This document shows positions 25,261 through 40,149 of a DNA stretch of 64,000 nt, piece by piece. Made by a program: the position numbers and the translations under genes. This DNA comes from Lama glama (taxonomy: Eukaryota): positions 66,960,001-67,024,000 of the forward strand of contig CM052822.1 of assembly GCA_028534125.1 (NCBI GenBank). Direction: 5' to 3'. Below the pieces are notes generated by a model, which saw only the letters and a list, made by a program, of their open reading frames with translations, did no database searches and had not been told where the DNA came from. Positions within the stretch are counted from its first letter, which is position 1. The number at the start of each line of letters is the position of its first letter.

Positions 25261-26429
25261 TATAAACAGGGAAGAAGGAGGGAGTGGGACGGGGCTTCAG
25301 AGAAACCCACCAACCGTCCCCAAAGCCAAACCAGGGAACATAAAAATGCTTAAAGGGCTATATTTTTACGCCATTCAAAATGGAAACAGTACTACATACA
25401 GGGAACAGTACTTATTCTTACCACTTTGAATGTCTACCTGACTGGATCATCAAATGTTTGTGAGGGGAAAATAATCTATCCTGCTTTTTAGCCCCTTAAA
25501 TGTTCGTTAATGTCTGGGCATATTTGAAAAGTAACAACTGGAGGTCCCTTCCTAATCTTCACCCTTTGCATTAATTCACAATATATGTTATATATATGTT
25601 TCATTTCAGTCCTGAAACAACTCCAGCAGGAAGACGGGGAACAGAGGCTTACAGCAGGGAGGTGATTTTGCCCAAGCTCAGTGGTAAATTAACAACCCAA
25701 CTAGGGCTGAAATTAGCCTGTGCTGTATTGCAAGAAGCATCTGCCAAGACTGCTTGTGTGTAAGATTCATGGAATTCAGAGCTAAATAAGAGGTCCCTCA
25801 CTTCTTTCAGGTTGAAAGTTATGCAATCAGAAAGATAATGGGCCCTGATCACCCCATCTAAACAGCCCCACCCACCCACCCACCCACCCACCCAGCCATT
25901 ACCCTCTCTTCTTTTGCCTCCTCAGAGCAAACATCCCCACCTGATAGGTTTATTGTCTATCTGCCTCCTCCCCCTTCACCTCTCCTCCCCACCCCCAACA
26001 TCCACTCCAGGAGTGGGTGCTCAATTAACACTTGGTGAGCGAAGGAAGATGCCCGCACTTCTCTAACCTGCCCCTTCATCTGGGCTTTCTCGCTCACATT
26101 CTCTCTGGGCAGTGCAGCCCCAGAGCTCCCAGTCTTCAAGAAGTGTTCCATCACCACATGCTGCTGCTCCAGAAACCAAGCTACGGGTTTCTTGTTTGGG
26201 GGGGGGGCTTCTGGCCCCCAGAGGACACTCCCCTTCCTTGTTGGGTACTCACTGTGCTCTGTGGTGGCCAAATTCAGGCTTCTGGTCTGGATGAGGGAAA
26301 ACATTGCATAGTAACTACCAAAAGTCCAAAGTGGTTCCTGTGGTTGGGGGAAGAGTCCACAGCAGGTGCTTGGTCTTCAAGAGCACTGTTTCCCAAGGTC
26401 TTCTTGAATGTTGAGATGCTCAAACGTGG

Positions 26430-26608
26430 CAATGGTTCTAGAGATATGAATGGTTGTCATGATTGGGTGTGTGTGTGAGGGGGTGGGTCTGCTAGTGGCA
26501 TCTAGCTGATAGACACCAGTGGTGCTGTCAAAATCCTACAATGCACAAGACAGCTGCCCATAACAAAGAATCATCCAGACCAAAATGTCAGAAGTTGAGA
26601 AACCCTGG
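26430..26608. mobile_element. MER20-like hAT DNA transposon remnant
   Basis: caatggttct...ctagtggcatctag...atcctacaatgcacaagacagc...gttgagaaaccctg. Confidence 0.7.
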
Positions 26609-26669
26609 CATATGGCTCTTTAGGTTTATTTGGTTCCTGAGTTGCTCCTTAAAAAAAAGACCTCAATCC

Positions 26670-27152
26670 AAAAGAAGATGTAGTATATATACATTCCATT
26701 ATGCATTTATATGTAATGGAATATTACTCAGCCATAAAAAATCAAATACTGCCATTTGCAGCAACATGGATGGACCTAAAGATCATCATACTAAGTGCAG
26801 TAAGTCAGATAAAGATCATTATTTGACATCACTTTTATGTGGAATCTAAAAAATAATACAAATGAATCTATTTACAAAACAGAAACAGAAACAGACACAG
26901 ACATAGAAAACATACGTATGGTTACCAAAGGAGGAAGCAGGTAGTGATAAATTAGGAGTATGGGATTAACAGCTGCACACTACTATGTATAAAATAGGTG
27001 AAGTACAAGGATTTATTGTATAACACAGGGAACAATATTCAATATCTTATAATAACCTATAATGGAAAATAATCTGAAAAAAAATAACTGAATCACTTTG
27101 CTGTACACCTGAAACTAACACAATACTGTAGATCAACTATGTAACTAAAAAA
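26670..27152 (+). mobile_element. L1 3' end
   Basis: aatggaatattactcagccataaaaa...gccatttgcagcaacatggatggacct...gctgtacacctgaaactaacacaatactgta. Confidence 0.88.
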
Positions 27153-29899
27153 ATCTCAATCCAGATTGTTCTTGTGCTTTTTCTCACACTACAAGTTAAC
27201 AAACTTGTTAACTTGTTCACTGGTATTGATTTCTTTCTTACCTCGTCACCTTTTTTTCAAACAATTGTGCCAGTTCCTATCAGTTCTGGAGCATCACTGA
27301 ATGTTCAGTCACGTAGGGACAGCAGCAAAACTGCAGTGAGAGGTGTATGCTGGTTAGCCGGGGAGGTCCACTCACCAGATGACTGATTCATGTTGTCTGA
27401 AAAACTACACATGACTACATATCGTGGGCCTTTGGTCACACAAAATGAGGACACCAAGACCTACTCAGACTCTCTACAACTTACCTAGAGTTTTATTGTG
27501 TTATATTGTGCCAATTTCCTTTAAGAAGAAGTCTCGACAGCAATTATTTACTGAGTGAGTACATATATGCATGACTGGGACATTATGCTGTACACCAGAA
27601 ATTGACACGTTGTAACTGTACTTCAATTTAAAAAATAAAATAAAATAAAATGAAAAAAAAGAAAGAATGAATGAAAAAGAAAAAGAAAGAAACTCTGCAG
27701 AAAGAGAGGGAAAAAAATAGTAAGTGAGAAACTGACCCGGGACTTACTGTCTTAACAGGCCAGGATCAGTCCGGTTGTGTGAGGACAGGTGCTGACACCT
27801 AAACGCCTCTTGGGGGCGCTGTTCCTTCTTCAGAACAGCACTTAGGAATCAGGGCTCCTCATGCTGACCTGAGATCCATCCTCATGTGTGATCGATCAAC
27901 TGATGTGTTTAGTCCATGAATAATTCTGATTCTGCCATCAAAACCCTTCACCCGTTTCTGTCAGTGAGACTGGGGAGACCCCGGCTCAGGAATCCTGCTC
28001 GGCTGACTTCCGGTCCTCATCAGGAAACCGGAACATTTCTGACCAGGCAGCGTAAAGCGCAAAGTATACCCCTGGGTGCACTTTAAATCTCACTCTGAAT
28101 AATTAATCGATGTGCATCACTCTCTGCTCTGCTGAATGTTTACTTACACAGTATTTTCACCTCAAACCAAGTTGAACCATTTCAGAGAACTTTTGACCCA
28201 GTAATACCACTTCTAGAAATTTCTTCCTTAGAAACACTTGTACAAGGGCACAAAAGTATATGTGTTAGAACATCCATTGCAGCGCTGCTTGTACTATTTA
28301 AAAAATTAGGAAACATTTAAATGTCCATCCATAAGAGAATAATGAAGTAACAATAACTATGGTATCTCTATACTCTGGAATTCCATGTAAGTGTTAAGAT
28401 GGAATGCAATGAGCTACATCAAGTCACAAGAAGCAAGCTGCAGAATGTATTAAGTACCTTCGCTTTTGTTAAAAAAAATCATAAATATTTATCTTACGTA
28501 TACTAAAAAGTGTTTAGACGCACATATAGTATACCAAACTCTAGAGGAAGATTGTTTTTAAAATTTATATGTTGTTTGCATGAAAACAGCCTATGTATTC
28601 ATTTTATAATTTTAAAAAAGTGTTTATTTTTGTCATTTTAGAAAAAAGAAAGTACAAAATCAGGTCTGGTTTTTATCCTCAGCTGGTGTAAGCTGAGTCT
28701 TCTGTCACTTGCCGGTCCCTGTTACCCTTCAGGGAAAGGTTTGGGACAGAATTATTACTGAAGACATCATTCTCACCCCACAGTCAATGTTTTGGCCAAG
28801 ACCAGCTTTCCGTGACTGCAGAGTTAGGTTCTACCAGGAAACACTCGACACAGCTGCCCTCTCAGTCTTGGAGCTGGCACCCAGGGCACTCACCAAGAGG
28901 CCTAGCTTCCATCCACCGGTGGGGCCCTTGCTGTGAAGCTCTGAGGGCTGGGACTGGGCATGTTGTTGGTCTCTGTATCCCCTGAACCTAGCGCTGGGCC
29001 CGGTGTGTTGCTACTGCTCAGTAATTGTTGAAACAATGTCTTGAAGGAAGAGTTTTTGATCCCCGTTGGCTTGATTTTCATGTCTTGGAGAAATGGGGTG
29101 TCTGTGACGATGTCTGGCAGTTCCTGGGTCACGAGTCCCAGGTTGTCTCCTGGGCTCCTCATTTTGTAAAGTTGTTAAGCCCGTGGCCTGGCCTCCTGAG
29201 CAGCACCTGATGAAATCGTAACATACAGGAGCAGACGCCAATTCCTGGACTCAGAAATAATACTGCGGATTTGACATGTTTCAGCAGTGTGCAGAATGTT
29301 TCTGCTACACAATAACTGGATGTAAATGGTAACAGCCTTCTATAAGTAATGGTAAGTGGGGTTCATGGCCATAGCAAAATCAAGCACTTCTGGGGCACCT
29401 TTGGGGCCAGGGTGCCAAAGACAGGCCTCTAAGTGGACTTGCTCCTGCTCTGAGATCCTTCCAGATATGCTGTGGACTCCAAATCCAGGCCCACCCAGAT
29501 GCTAGCTCTCTATTTCTGAAAAAGGAAGACAGTCCCCAGCTGTGAGCTCTCAGAGCTGAGCCCCAAGCTCCCCTTTTCCCTGTGAAGTTCTCCCCAGCCT
29601 CCACCCCGACAGAGAACACATGGCAGGTGGCTCTGCTTTGCCTAGCTCCTGGCCCAGGATCCTGGGGCCCTGCTAACCAAGGTGGGGCCTGGTAGGTTGA
29701 TGTTTAGTGAAAATGCCCACATATACTCAGTTCAACATTCAGAAGGACAGAAAACAAAAAAAGTCTCCCTTCCTAGTCTATAAACACCAACATTCCAGAA
29801 CTACTCAGTGTGTGTAGGGGTCCAGGTCCAACCATCACACTGTGGCAGGTGGCAGGTGGCAGGATAATCTAATAATATTTTTGTTGGGCTCTCTCTATA

Positions 29900-30026
29900 T
29901 TTCTTTCTGAGGGGGAGGTTATTAGGTTTCTTCACTGATTTCTGCTTGGAGGAGGTGCTGGGGATTGAACCCAGGACCTCGTGGGTGCTGAGCAAGTGCT
30001 CTCCACTTGAGCTATACACTTCCCCC
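29900..30026 (-). mobile_element. tRNA-derived SINE (camelid vic-1-like)
   Basis: Plus strand reads GGGGAGGTTATTAGGTTT...GGAGGTGCTGGGGATTGAACCCAGGACCTC...TGAGCTATAC, the antisense of a tRNA-like head plus the tail typical of this SINE. Confidence 0.8.
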
Positions 30027-30489
30027 TCTCTACATATTTCTTAATTGTAAGCAACTCGCCAGGTGTTGTATGTCCTTGCCTTAAGAATTCTGATGAGGCA
30101 GAGACTCAAAGCCTGAAAAGAAGTCAATCTGTACTAAAAACCAAAGGCCACTGAAGAGATGATGGGATGTCCTGGAGAATAGGCGGGGAGGGCCTTGGAG
30201 AAATGGTGAGATGAGGAGGGCAAGCTCCTGCCCAGCAAGGGCAGAGAGGTCTGGGGGCCCCTTGAGGGTAGCAGGGCCACCACCACTCCATGAAAGCCTG
30301 CTGGAGGTGGCCACATGGCAGGATGGCCAGGGGAGGCAGCTGTGGCCCCAGAGCCCAGCACCAGCAAAGACCTCACATCCCATGAATGCCAGGAAGTAGG
30401 GTCTCCTGGGCACGGAGGGCAGGTGTCAGTCAGTACTTCCCTCATAAGCCTTGGGGATTCAAAACAGCCCTCAAAACAGACTGCAGTGA

Positions 30490-30840
30490 AAAAGAACGAA
30501 GGACCGACAACATGGATGACCCTCAAAAACATGCTAAGTGTAAGAAGCCAGGAGTGAAAGGCCATATACTATATGATTCCACTGATATGAAAAATCCAGA
30601 ATAGGCAAATCTACAGAGGTAGAAAGCAGATTAGTGGCTGACAGGGGGTGGGGGAGAGGGGCATGGGGAGTTACCGCTTGGTGAGTACCAGGTTTCTTTT
30701 GGGGGGGACAAAAATGTTCTGGAATTAGATAGTGATGATGGTTGCACAATGTTGTGAATATACTAAAAGACACTAATTACAGACTTTAAAATGGTTTAAA
30801 TGGTGAATTTTATGTTATGTAAATTTTATCTCAATTAAAC
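30490..30840 (+). mobile_element. L1M 3' UTR fragment
   Basis: acaacatggatgaccctcaaaaacatgctaagtg...aatgttctggaattagatagtgatgatggttgcacaat...aattttatgttatgtaaattttatctcaattaaa. Confidence 0.8.
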
Positions 30841-32199
30841 GAATGAGAATTTTCTACCACCCTGATGGATGGTGACCTGAAGTTAAAATTAAGTTGATTT
30901 AATAGAAAAGGAAATGTTTGGTTTTTTTTCCCCTAACCTCTGAGCTTGTGGGCCAGGATTCATATCTAGTATCTAACCTAAGAAAAGGAGTCTAAATCAA
31001 TATCCTGAGATACAGCAGAACCTGTGTTTCCCGGGGAAGGAGCTCTAGAGATAGGGACATGGAATGTGTTAGAAAGAAAAACATTGCCCAGGGGAACAAA
31101 ACTGGGTCCCTGATGACCTCGGAGCTCTCAGTCCAGTCCTGGGCTGACCAGCTCCCGACTTCCTTTATGGGAGAAAAACTCTTTCTAGTTTGTCACTATT
31201 ACTGGGGTTTTCCCTTATAGTCTGATGAACCGAGTCCAAAGGAATGCAGTGTCCTAGAGAATGCATGATCTGAAGCATTAGCAGAAGTTAGGCAGGCAAA
31301 TTGGTGTGCACGGGGGCTACAAGTTGGGATTAGAAGGACCAAGAGGAAACGTATTCCAAGCAGAGGGGAGAGGATGTTTGCTGGCCTGGAGGAAAGACAG
31401 AACATCGCTGGGTGTGTCTGGGGCCAGCAGCGAAGGGGTAGAAGGGGATGAAGCCTGAAATGTGAGCAGGGCTGAGACCATGAGGGACCTTGTAGCCTTG
31501 TAAAAAGTTGGACCTAACCCATGGATAGAGGGGGCCCTAAAGGACTGGTGAGATTTGTATTTTCAGAAGATCCCTCTGGTGCTGGGACAGGCTGGACTGG
31601 AGGGAACAAGAGTTGAGGGAGACCATTAACAGGCTGGGGCTGTGGTCCCTCAAGAGAGGAAATTGACTTGTACTTGGTGCGTGGCTGTAGGAAGGGAGAG
31701 GAATGGGCACACTGAGACTTGGAAAGCGAGAAATCATGGGAGTTGGTACCTGACTCGATTTGGTTGGGGGAGAGAGCAGGAAGGTTGAGGATGAGGAATC
31801 ATGGACTGAAATAGGAAACAGACGTGGGACTGGGACTGAAGAAGGAAGATGCAGGCCTGGGCGTGGAGCCTGAGGTGACCGTGGGTCAGCCAGCGAACCT
31901 GCCTGTGAGTGAAGACCGTCGAGGGAGCCCTGGCCTGGAAGCCAGAAGAGCAGCCACCAGGCGCTTGCCTGGTGCCGCCTTCAGCAGTGCCTTTGACCTC
32001 TCTCATTCCGACTCAACCTGAACTGGGGATGTTGTCAGTTAATGTATGTAAAAGCTACTGGCACTTATTAGATGCTCAATCAACGGTAACTGAATCCACG
32101 CGTCGCCTTGGTCTTTTACTCTCATGTGCTCTCTGCTTCTGTCATTTCCACTTCTGTTAAGAGTCAGGGCCAAATCACTGCCCTCAGCCCTCTGCTATG

Positions 32200-33130
<931 letters not shown>

Positions 33131-35821
33131 GTAACTAGGGACCACTTATTGTACAGCCTCGACCCTACCTCTGCAGCTAACTCACTCTTTGACCTTGGGA
33201 GCAGGTTTCATGCTCTGAGCCTCAGGTTCCTCTTGAGTGAAGGGGCATAGTTACCGTCTGGCACTCACCTGATAGGCACATTGAGATAGTGGTTTGAATC
33301 TGTAGCAGTGAAAATGCTTTGGGCAAAGTGACAGAAGCTGTAGTCCCCGGCAGCGGGGCTAGTGCCCTGTGAGAAGTGGGGGGTTGGGTGCCCGGTGGTG
33401 ATGGGAGGGAGAATCTGCTGGAGGTTCTTCCTGGCAAGTAATGGGTCCCACCTACCCCTTCTAGTCAGACGGGCTCAGGGAGTGACCCCTGGCTAGCTGA
33501 GGGAGCAGTAACCAAGGTGGAAAATAGATTTCAAGTTCATGAGTTCTTTCATTAAACTTGTGTGGCCACTGGTGGTGTGTGGTGTGTGGTGTGGAAGGTG
33601 CTGGAGTTATCAAGAGAGAGGTCTGGTCCTCTGGAGGTTTCTTGTTACTCTTGATACCCGTGTCCAAGGGCTGAGGACCTGGACAGCATTAACTAAGGAA
33701 GCCCAGAACCTGGATCACCCCACCATTTGGGAAGGAATGTCAGAAAAGGAGGGCTTCCTGGAGCAGGTGACCTCCTAGGAGGTGTGAAAGAGAAGGAAGG
33801 CTGCATCAGGCTTGAGGAGTGACATGTTCAGGGAACAAGAGCTAGCCTGTCTCTTGTGGGGAAGTGACCTCCAGAATACCAGGATGGGGGAGGGGTGAGG
33901 TGAGTCTGGAGGACCCAGATGGTGAATGGCCACCCAGGCCTTGCCAAAGAGTTTGGACTTTGTCTGAAGCAGCTGTTAAGAGATTTGAAGCAAAGAATGA
34001 GACAGTGGGTTTGCCCTTGGAAAAGTAGTGGTGTCCCAAAGGGGTCAGACCAAGGTCAGTGAGGAAGGTGGGGCAGTGGTCAGGGGAGGGACGTAACCCA
34101 TGCCAGCCAGGGCAGGTGCCTTGCTGAGGAGGGAGAGGTGGGGACAGTCATGTCAGCATTTGGCCCCAAGGCTGGTGGCTCAGGGGATGTGGATGGCCCG
34201 AGGAGGGGCTGTGCAGATGCTGGAGAGGAAGTGGGACACCTGGATGGTGATATGGGACGAGGGAGGCGAAGCTGTTGGAGCTCAGAGTAGAAGAGACGTT
34301 GCAGAGGAGCTTCGGGCTGGGAAGAGCTGAGCTGAGTAAAGGTGGACAAACCCCTGTCTTTCACCTGCACCTCTGGGCTCATTCTTCTACTTGCCTGTGA
34401 CTGCCTGCTTCCCTCCTGCCCACATTATTTCTTGAAGTTGCTCACTCCTCTTGCCTATTTCTCCATTCATTCATTCATTCATCAGCATTTCTCCAGGGTC
34501 TGCCCTAACCTATCTCTAACCCCTGAGTTAGGGTGCTTCAGGAGTGGTATGGCCTCTTGCAATGCCTTCTGGCTTGCTGGCTCCTGTTTTACTTCCCCCC
34601 ACCCCGACCTTGGCCTCTTCTGCCTCCTACTCCCAGTCATGACTGGGCTGACCACCTGCAGAACTAGGCTGAAGAAGAAGCCGAACACTGGGCAGGAAAT
34701 GGCCCGGGGGGGCGGTCTCTCGGGACACTGGGTCTTCCAGGCCCTGCTGAGACTAGCCTGCTCTAAGCTTAGCACCCACCTGCAGCCCAGCCTTGTCTCG
34801 CCTGTCCGGGCCTGGCTCTGTGTCTCAGGGCATGTCTGGCCCCCACCCTCATTCCCAGGGTCCACCAGGAGCAGCCCCACCCTTGATGCCTTAGGGGCTC
34901 AGTATCTGGGGCCTGTGGGCTTTTCCCACAGGAGTTTTAAGATCTGGACTCTGTGTCCCTGCCAGGAGCCTCTGCTCCGCAGGTCTACTGAGCGTCTCCT
35001 GCGTGTTCCCTGGGTGCCACATCTCCTTTTGGGAGAAGGGAGCTTTTGGACCAGGGGGTGGTGCTCTCCAGGGTCCTGCCGTATGCTGGTCTCCCACATT
35101 TTCTCACTCTTCCTTTCCTTCCACAAACATTCCTGGAGTGCCCACTGTCCTGGAGCAGCTCTAGGCACTGGGAACATCCCTGCTCTTTCAGAAATCATAG
35201 AACAGGGGCTGAGGTATCCTGGTGAGCTGCAAAGAGCACAGAATCTGGGGTCGGATAAGCCTGAACAAGATCCTTCCACTACAAGTGGACTGGCAGGTTT
35301 TTGAACTTGTCTGAGCCTCAGTTTCCTCACCTGCTAAGCTATATCAGGATTTCTGCCTCTCAGGGTTACACAAAGGTGCGGGGGTGGGCTGTGTGCAGGT
35401 GATCCCTTTCCCCAGTACCTAGAGCCCTGCATCCCCCGTGGGAGTGCCCAGGGAAACATGTGTGCCTGACTGCTCAGTTGAAATCCTTTGACTGCTGGTC
35501 TGCCTACTGTGAGTCCACTCCCCACCCCAAGCTGAAGACCACATAATAAGCCCAGTCCACAGACCCTGAGAAACACCCGTGATGGGATGAGGGGTCTGCC
35601 AGGTCTGGTGACCAAGGGGTTTTACAGATCCTGCTTAGCCAAGCACCTGTCTTGAGAGAAATGGTAGACTTCTTGACTCGGCCAGCCTGAACCCTCAGGG
35701 GGCCTGTGCTCCTTTATTATCACATGCTGAATGTTTATCAAGCACTTACTATGTGCACACTGTCTCCTTTAACCCTCACGTCTACCCTTGCAGGGGCTTG
35801 GTGAGTTTTGTATCTGTTTTA

Positions 35822-36000
35822 TTATTATTACTTTTTTATTGAAGTATAGTTGGTTTACAACATTGTGTTAATTTCTGGTGTATAGCATAGTGTTTCAGTT
35901 ATACATATATATATATATATTCCTTTGCATAGTCTTTTTCATTATAAGTTATTAAAAAATATTGAATATAGTTCCCTGTGCTAGACAGTAGGACCTTGTT
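35822..36000 (-). mobile_element. 5'-truncated L1 3' end inserted into a MIR, with target-site duplication
   Basis: ttttattgaagtatagttggtttacaa...cagtaggaccttgtt flanked by gttttgtatctgtttt (35805-35820) and gttttgtatctatttt (36001-36016). MIR sequence on both sides (agcacttactatgtgc...; gaggaaactgagactcagagg). Confidence 0.8.
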
Positions 36001-37004
36001 GTTTTGTATCTATTTTACACACGAGGAAACTGAGACTCAGAGGCTAAGTGCTCTTGCCCAAGGACGCACGTTGGTTTCTCACACGTAGAACCCCATCGGG
36101 TTCACCGCAGACCTGTGACGGGAGCGCTCTCACTCTGTCCTGAGCTGACCAAGGACTTGGGGAGGCTAATTGGAGAGCATCACATTGTGCTTCTGACGCA
36201 CGAGCCCTCCTCCCCCCGTGCCTCAGACAGCCCTGCCGCCTCTAGCAGATAGTTTTTCCTCTTCGCAGGTTAAGTGACGTGGAAAAGTTTTTAAATCTAA
36301 ATCTGGGATCTGAGCCCAGGTCTTTAAGACTTTCCTTCAACGAACAGTTAGCTTTATAAATAGAAAGCCAAACAGTTCTCCTGATCAAGCTTCTCCCTGT
36401 GAATACTAACCTTTCCTTCTACCCCTGGCTTTGGGGGAGAATGCTGGAAAACTGACCCAAGTTCCTGCCTGGGTTCTGGAAAGACTGGAGGTGATTCTAG
36501 ATGGGTATATTTCTGGCATTGGGGGTGAGGTGAGGAGAAGCAGCCTGGGGGTTCGGCAGAGGGGACAGAGTGATTCTGCAGACCTCAGGCTATATAGATT
36601 TTCCAGTGCTCACCAATTCTGAATTTTTAATGTTGAAAGTTTCTTGATTGGGCATAAACCCACAACTTCCTGACCAAAACCACACACACGCATTTAGCAA
36701 AGCCTGTTAAAAATTTTAAAATTACCAAACTCTACATTTGATAGTTTTGAACTGTCCAGAGGATGCTTGCCAGGTTCTGGCCCTGGTGACTTAGAGACGT
36801 CAGCTGTGAGTCTCTTTTGGGCTGTGGGTGTGAGGGTGATGGGAGAGCTGGCTGGACTTGGGAGTCAGATTTCTTTTTTTTAGTTGTTCCTTCTAACATT
36901 AGACTAAAGCACATACATTTATAAACATAAATAAACTGGCCCTCAAACTCCATCCAATAAGGGCCATTGCATAGAAGGAAGGATCGCTGAGCTAGACATC
37001 TCTT

Positions 37005-37445
37005 ATGGCTTGCATTGTATCCCTGCAAAGAGACATGTTGAAGTCCCAACCCTCCGGAACCTCAGAATGTGACCTTATTTGGAAATATGGTCACTGCTGA
37101 TGTCATTAGTTCAGATGGAAGCTTAGTGGAGTAGGGAAGGCTCCTCATCCAATATGACTGGTGTCCTTATGAAAAGACAGTTACAGGGATAAGGATGTGA
37201 CGATGAAGGCAGTCTCTGGGGTGATGTAGTTGCAAGCCAAGGAACTCCACAGATCACCAGCACACCACGAGGAGTGAGGACAAAGCAGAAAAGGAGTCCC
37301 CTACAGGTCTCAGAGGGAGCACAGAGCTGCTGACAGCTTGATTGCGGACTTCTGGTCTCCAGAACTGTGAGACAATACATTTCTGGTGTTTTAAGCCACC
37401 TCGTTTTTGGTGCTTTGTTACATCAACCTTTGAAACTAATACAAC
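37005..37445 (+). mobile_element. MaLR MLT1-type LTR
   Basis: cctcagaatgtgaccttatttggaaat...tccaatatgactggtgtccttat...ggacttctggtctccagaactgtgagacaataca...aaactaataca. Confidence 0.8.
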
Positions 37446-38779
37446 ATTGTTTTGGGTTGTCTGGCCCCACAGCCGTCCTCTGGGAGGGCAGATGGTGAAC
37501 AATGAGTCAGGCTCTGTTATGTGTCCTCTCTCTGCCCAGAAGGCAGCGTCCAGGGCAGTTATCTCTGTGAGAAAAGTGAAGAGTCCTTGGTCCTGGTGAT
37601 GCTGGAGATGCATGACCAGATTCCCCTTTCCTGGGGAGCAGGTGGATATCCACATGGCCAAGGGCACTGTGATTCAGTGTAGCTAAATTCCCTTTGTGTT
37701 TTCAGTACCAGTGGGTGCTCTGTAACAGGCAAGGCAGTGACTGAGCCCTGTTATACGGAACCCTAAGGTAAGTAAAGCACAGCCCTTACCCTAAAGGAGC
37801 CTGTCGGCTGACAACCACCATAATGGTCATTGCTAACACTGAAGTAGCGCTGACCATGCCAGGCACTGTTCTAAGCACTATATGCTGAATTCTCATAAAT
37901 TTCCAAGAGACAGATACGATTATGACTTCATTTTCAAGATGAGGAAAATGAAATAAGTAACTTTGCCAGTCAGAAGTGGCAGCGCTGGGGTCTGAACCAG
38001 GTGAAATGGTTACGACGCTATGTTCTCATCCTCAGTGCACAGGAGGTTCCGGTGCCAGTGTTACAGAAGGGGACTGAGAGGTGTTTGACGAAGGGGAAGG
38101 AAGGTTCATAGTGCTTGCCACAGGCAGCCTTCTGAAGCTCACTGATACAACAGGAAAGGGATTTTTTTTTTAAAGGCCACAAGGAGAAGAAGAATGGGAG
38201 AGAAAACACCGGCAACAAAATTGGGAGCTGGAGGTCAATGACCACACTGACTCCACTGGCTTGAGAAAGTTCTGGAAGCAGAGGAGAGCCTGAGTCACAC
38301 ACAGCACCCCCACGGCACAGAGATGGGGCACTGGTCAGCACATGGCTGTGAGTGAAGAGGGAGCTGAAATCGCGAGGGCTGGATGAACACTTATTTAGGA
38401 AGACTTCAGCACCCCAGATCCCCTTCCCATCCTGTGAGCCTCTCCCCTGTCTGCTCCCCTCGAGGGAGAGGGCGTCCAGACACCAACACATTTGCTAGCA
38501 AGCAATTAAGGCAACGTTTATGTACTGAATGCGGAGGATGGCCTCCCAGCCTCTTCTCTTGGCCAAGCCTACACTCTCCAGGAGGGAAACAGAAGAGCAA
38601 TATCCAGGGACTCTGACCCAAGAGGAAAGACCCCAGGAGGTCAACATACCCAAAGCCTTGACCAGCCCAGCCCAGCCAGATCACTCTGCCATGACCCCCA
38701 CAGTTAACAAGCCCCTCTGTGGTCCCAGAGGTGCCAATGCCCTCTTGTTCCTTTTGCCTTCATCATGTACTAATGACCA

Positions 38780-39810
38780 AGGATCTCCAGACATCTGAGG
38801 AAAGTCTGACATGGGAGCTAGAGACCAAAACAAATGAACAGGAAAAAAAACAAAAGCAATTTGGAGGAAAGAGAAACTATACAGACTAATCTTTCTGTCT
38901 GCCTCTCCCCCATTCCCTGCCCCCCCCCAAAAAAAGAAAACTAAACTAAAAACTATCAGTAATACCCTCAGAGGAAGAAGAGAAAAATTTGCATCAGTAA
39001 AATAAGAACAGGGTGCTTTAAGTGGGAGTATTCAGAGAACAGCAGCATCAAACCCCAAAAAACCTCAGAAGTTAAAAATAATTGTAGAAATAAAAGATTC
39101 AGTAGAGAGAGTGGGAGGATAGGGTTGGGAAAAAAATCTTCAGAAAATAGAACATAAAAGCAAAGAATAGTGGATAGAGAGCTTCCTCTGTCTGCTCTGG
39201 TGTCTCTTTATCTTCTAAGGGCACCAGTCGCGTCATGGGGGCCCTCACCAAGACGGGAATCTGCTGGTACCTTGACTGTGGGCTTTTCAGCCTCCAAAAC
39301 TGTGAGGAATAACTGTCTATTGTTCAAGCCACCCAGTCTGTGGTATTTTGTCATAGCAGCCTGTGCAGACTGAGACAGAGGTGAAGGAGAATCCTGACTT
39401 TGTCTCATCATCTGAAAGGAGTTTTGGAGATGACATAATGATGAGTACACAGAAGTGTAAGCAAAGGGAAAAGAAGACCATGATCAATTACAGGGAAACC
39501 GGAAGCCGTGTAGAAATAAAGATTGTAATAATCTACATGGCTGTGCTGGGAGCAGCATCCGTATTGCCATAGGACGGTAACACCAAATTACCAGTCTAAC
39601 CCAAACCCATGATGGTGAGAGAGCAGGAAGTGTGTGAGTGGTCAGGGTGGGAGGAGAATGCAGAGAATTAAATCTTCAATATTACTGTGGGGAGTCAAGA
39701 GAGAACATCTTAAATAGAAAAGCCAAGGAGTACTGACATACACATGGCATTTCAAGCTTTGGAGGCAAATACCAAGAGAATTAGCTAAAAGAGTTGAAAG
39801 TGGTTGCCTC
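38780..39810 (+). mobile_element. Ancient L1 fragments interrupted by an MLT1 fragment (about 39180-39377)
   Basis: A-rich L1-like flanks around cagcctccaaaactgtgaggaataactgtctattgttcaagccacccagtctgtggtattttgtcatagcagcc. Confidence 0.55.
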
Positions 39811-40149
39811 TGTGGAAGGGGCAGTGTTCGTTGTTCAGTTTTGGTTTGTTTAATGAAGTCGGGTTGAATTTCTTGACTTTAGATCTGTTGCTTTTCAGAT
39901 CCTTGATAAAGGACCAGGTTTCTTTTCCCCAGTCTGTTGTGAAGTACACTACAGGTGAATTACTAGGAGGAGTATCTTGCACTTGGATGTCACAGCAATG
40001 CTGAATTGCTATAAAAGTTTCTAGATACTTCCTCGCAGTGTTGGTACTTATCGTGGGTAAGTGACGGTGGACAGACCAGCACTGGGCTGTGGAGGTGCTG
40101 CTTTCATCCATGCACATATGTAACTTTGGTTTTAAAAAGGGAATTCTCA

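Noticed and set aside
34342-35304. 320-aa plus-strand ORF in CLEC2L intron 1
   Set aside because: Starts at GTG, has no recognisable domain, overlaps L2/MIR-like sequence and has the composition of GC-rich noncoding DNA.
39860-40130. Segment with exon-like sites, a short hydrophobic stretch (FLAVLVLIVG|GTAAGT) and a faint RT-like minus-strand peptide
   Set aside because: In-frame TGA at 40002-40004, a hydrophobic run too short for a TM helix, and resemblance too weak to support a call.
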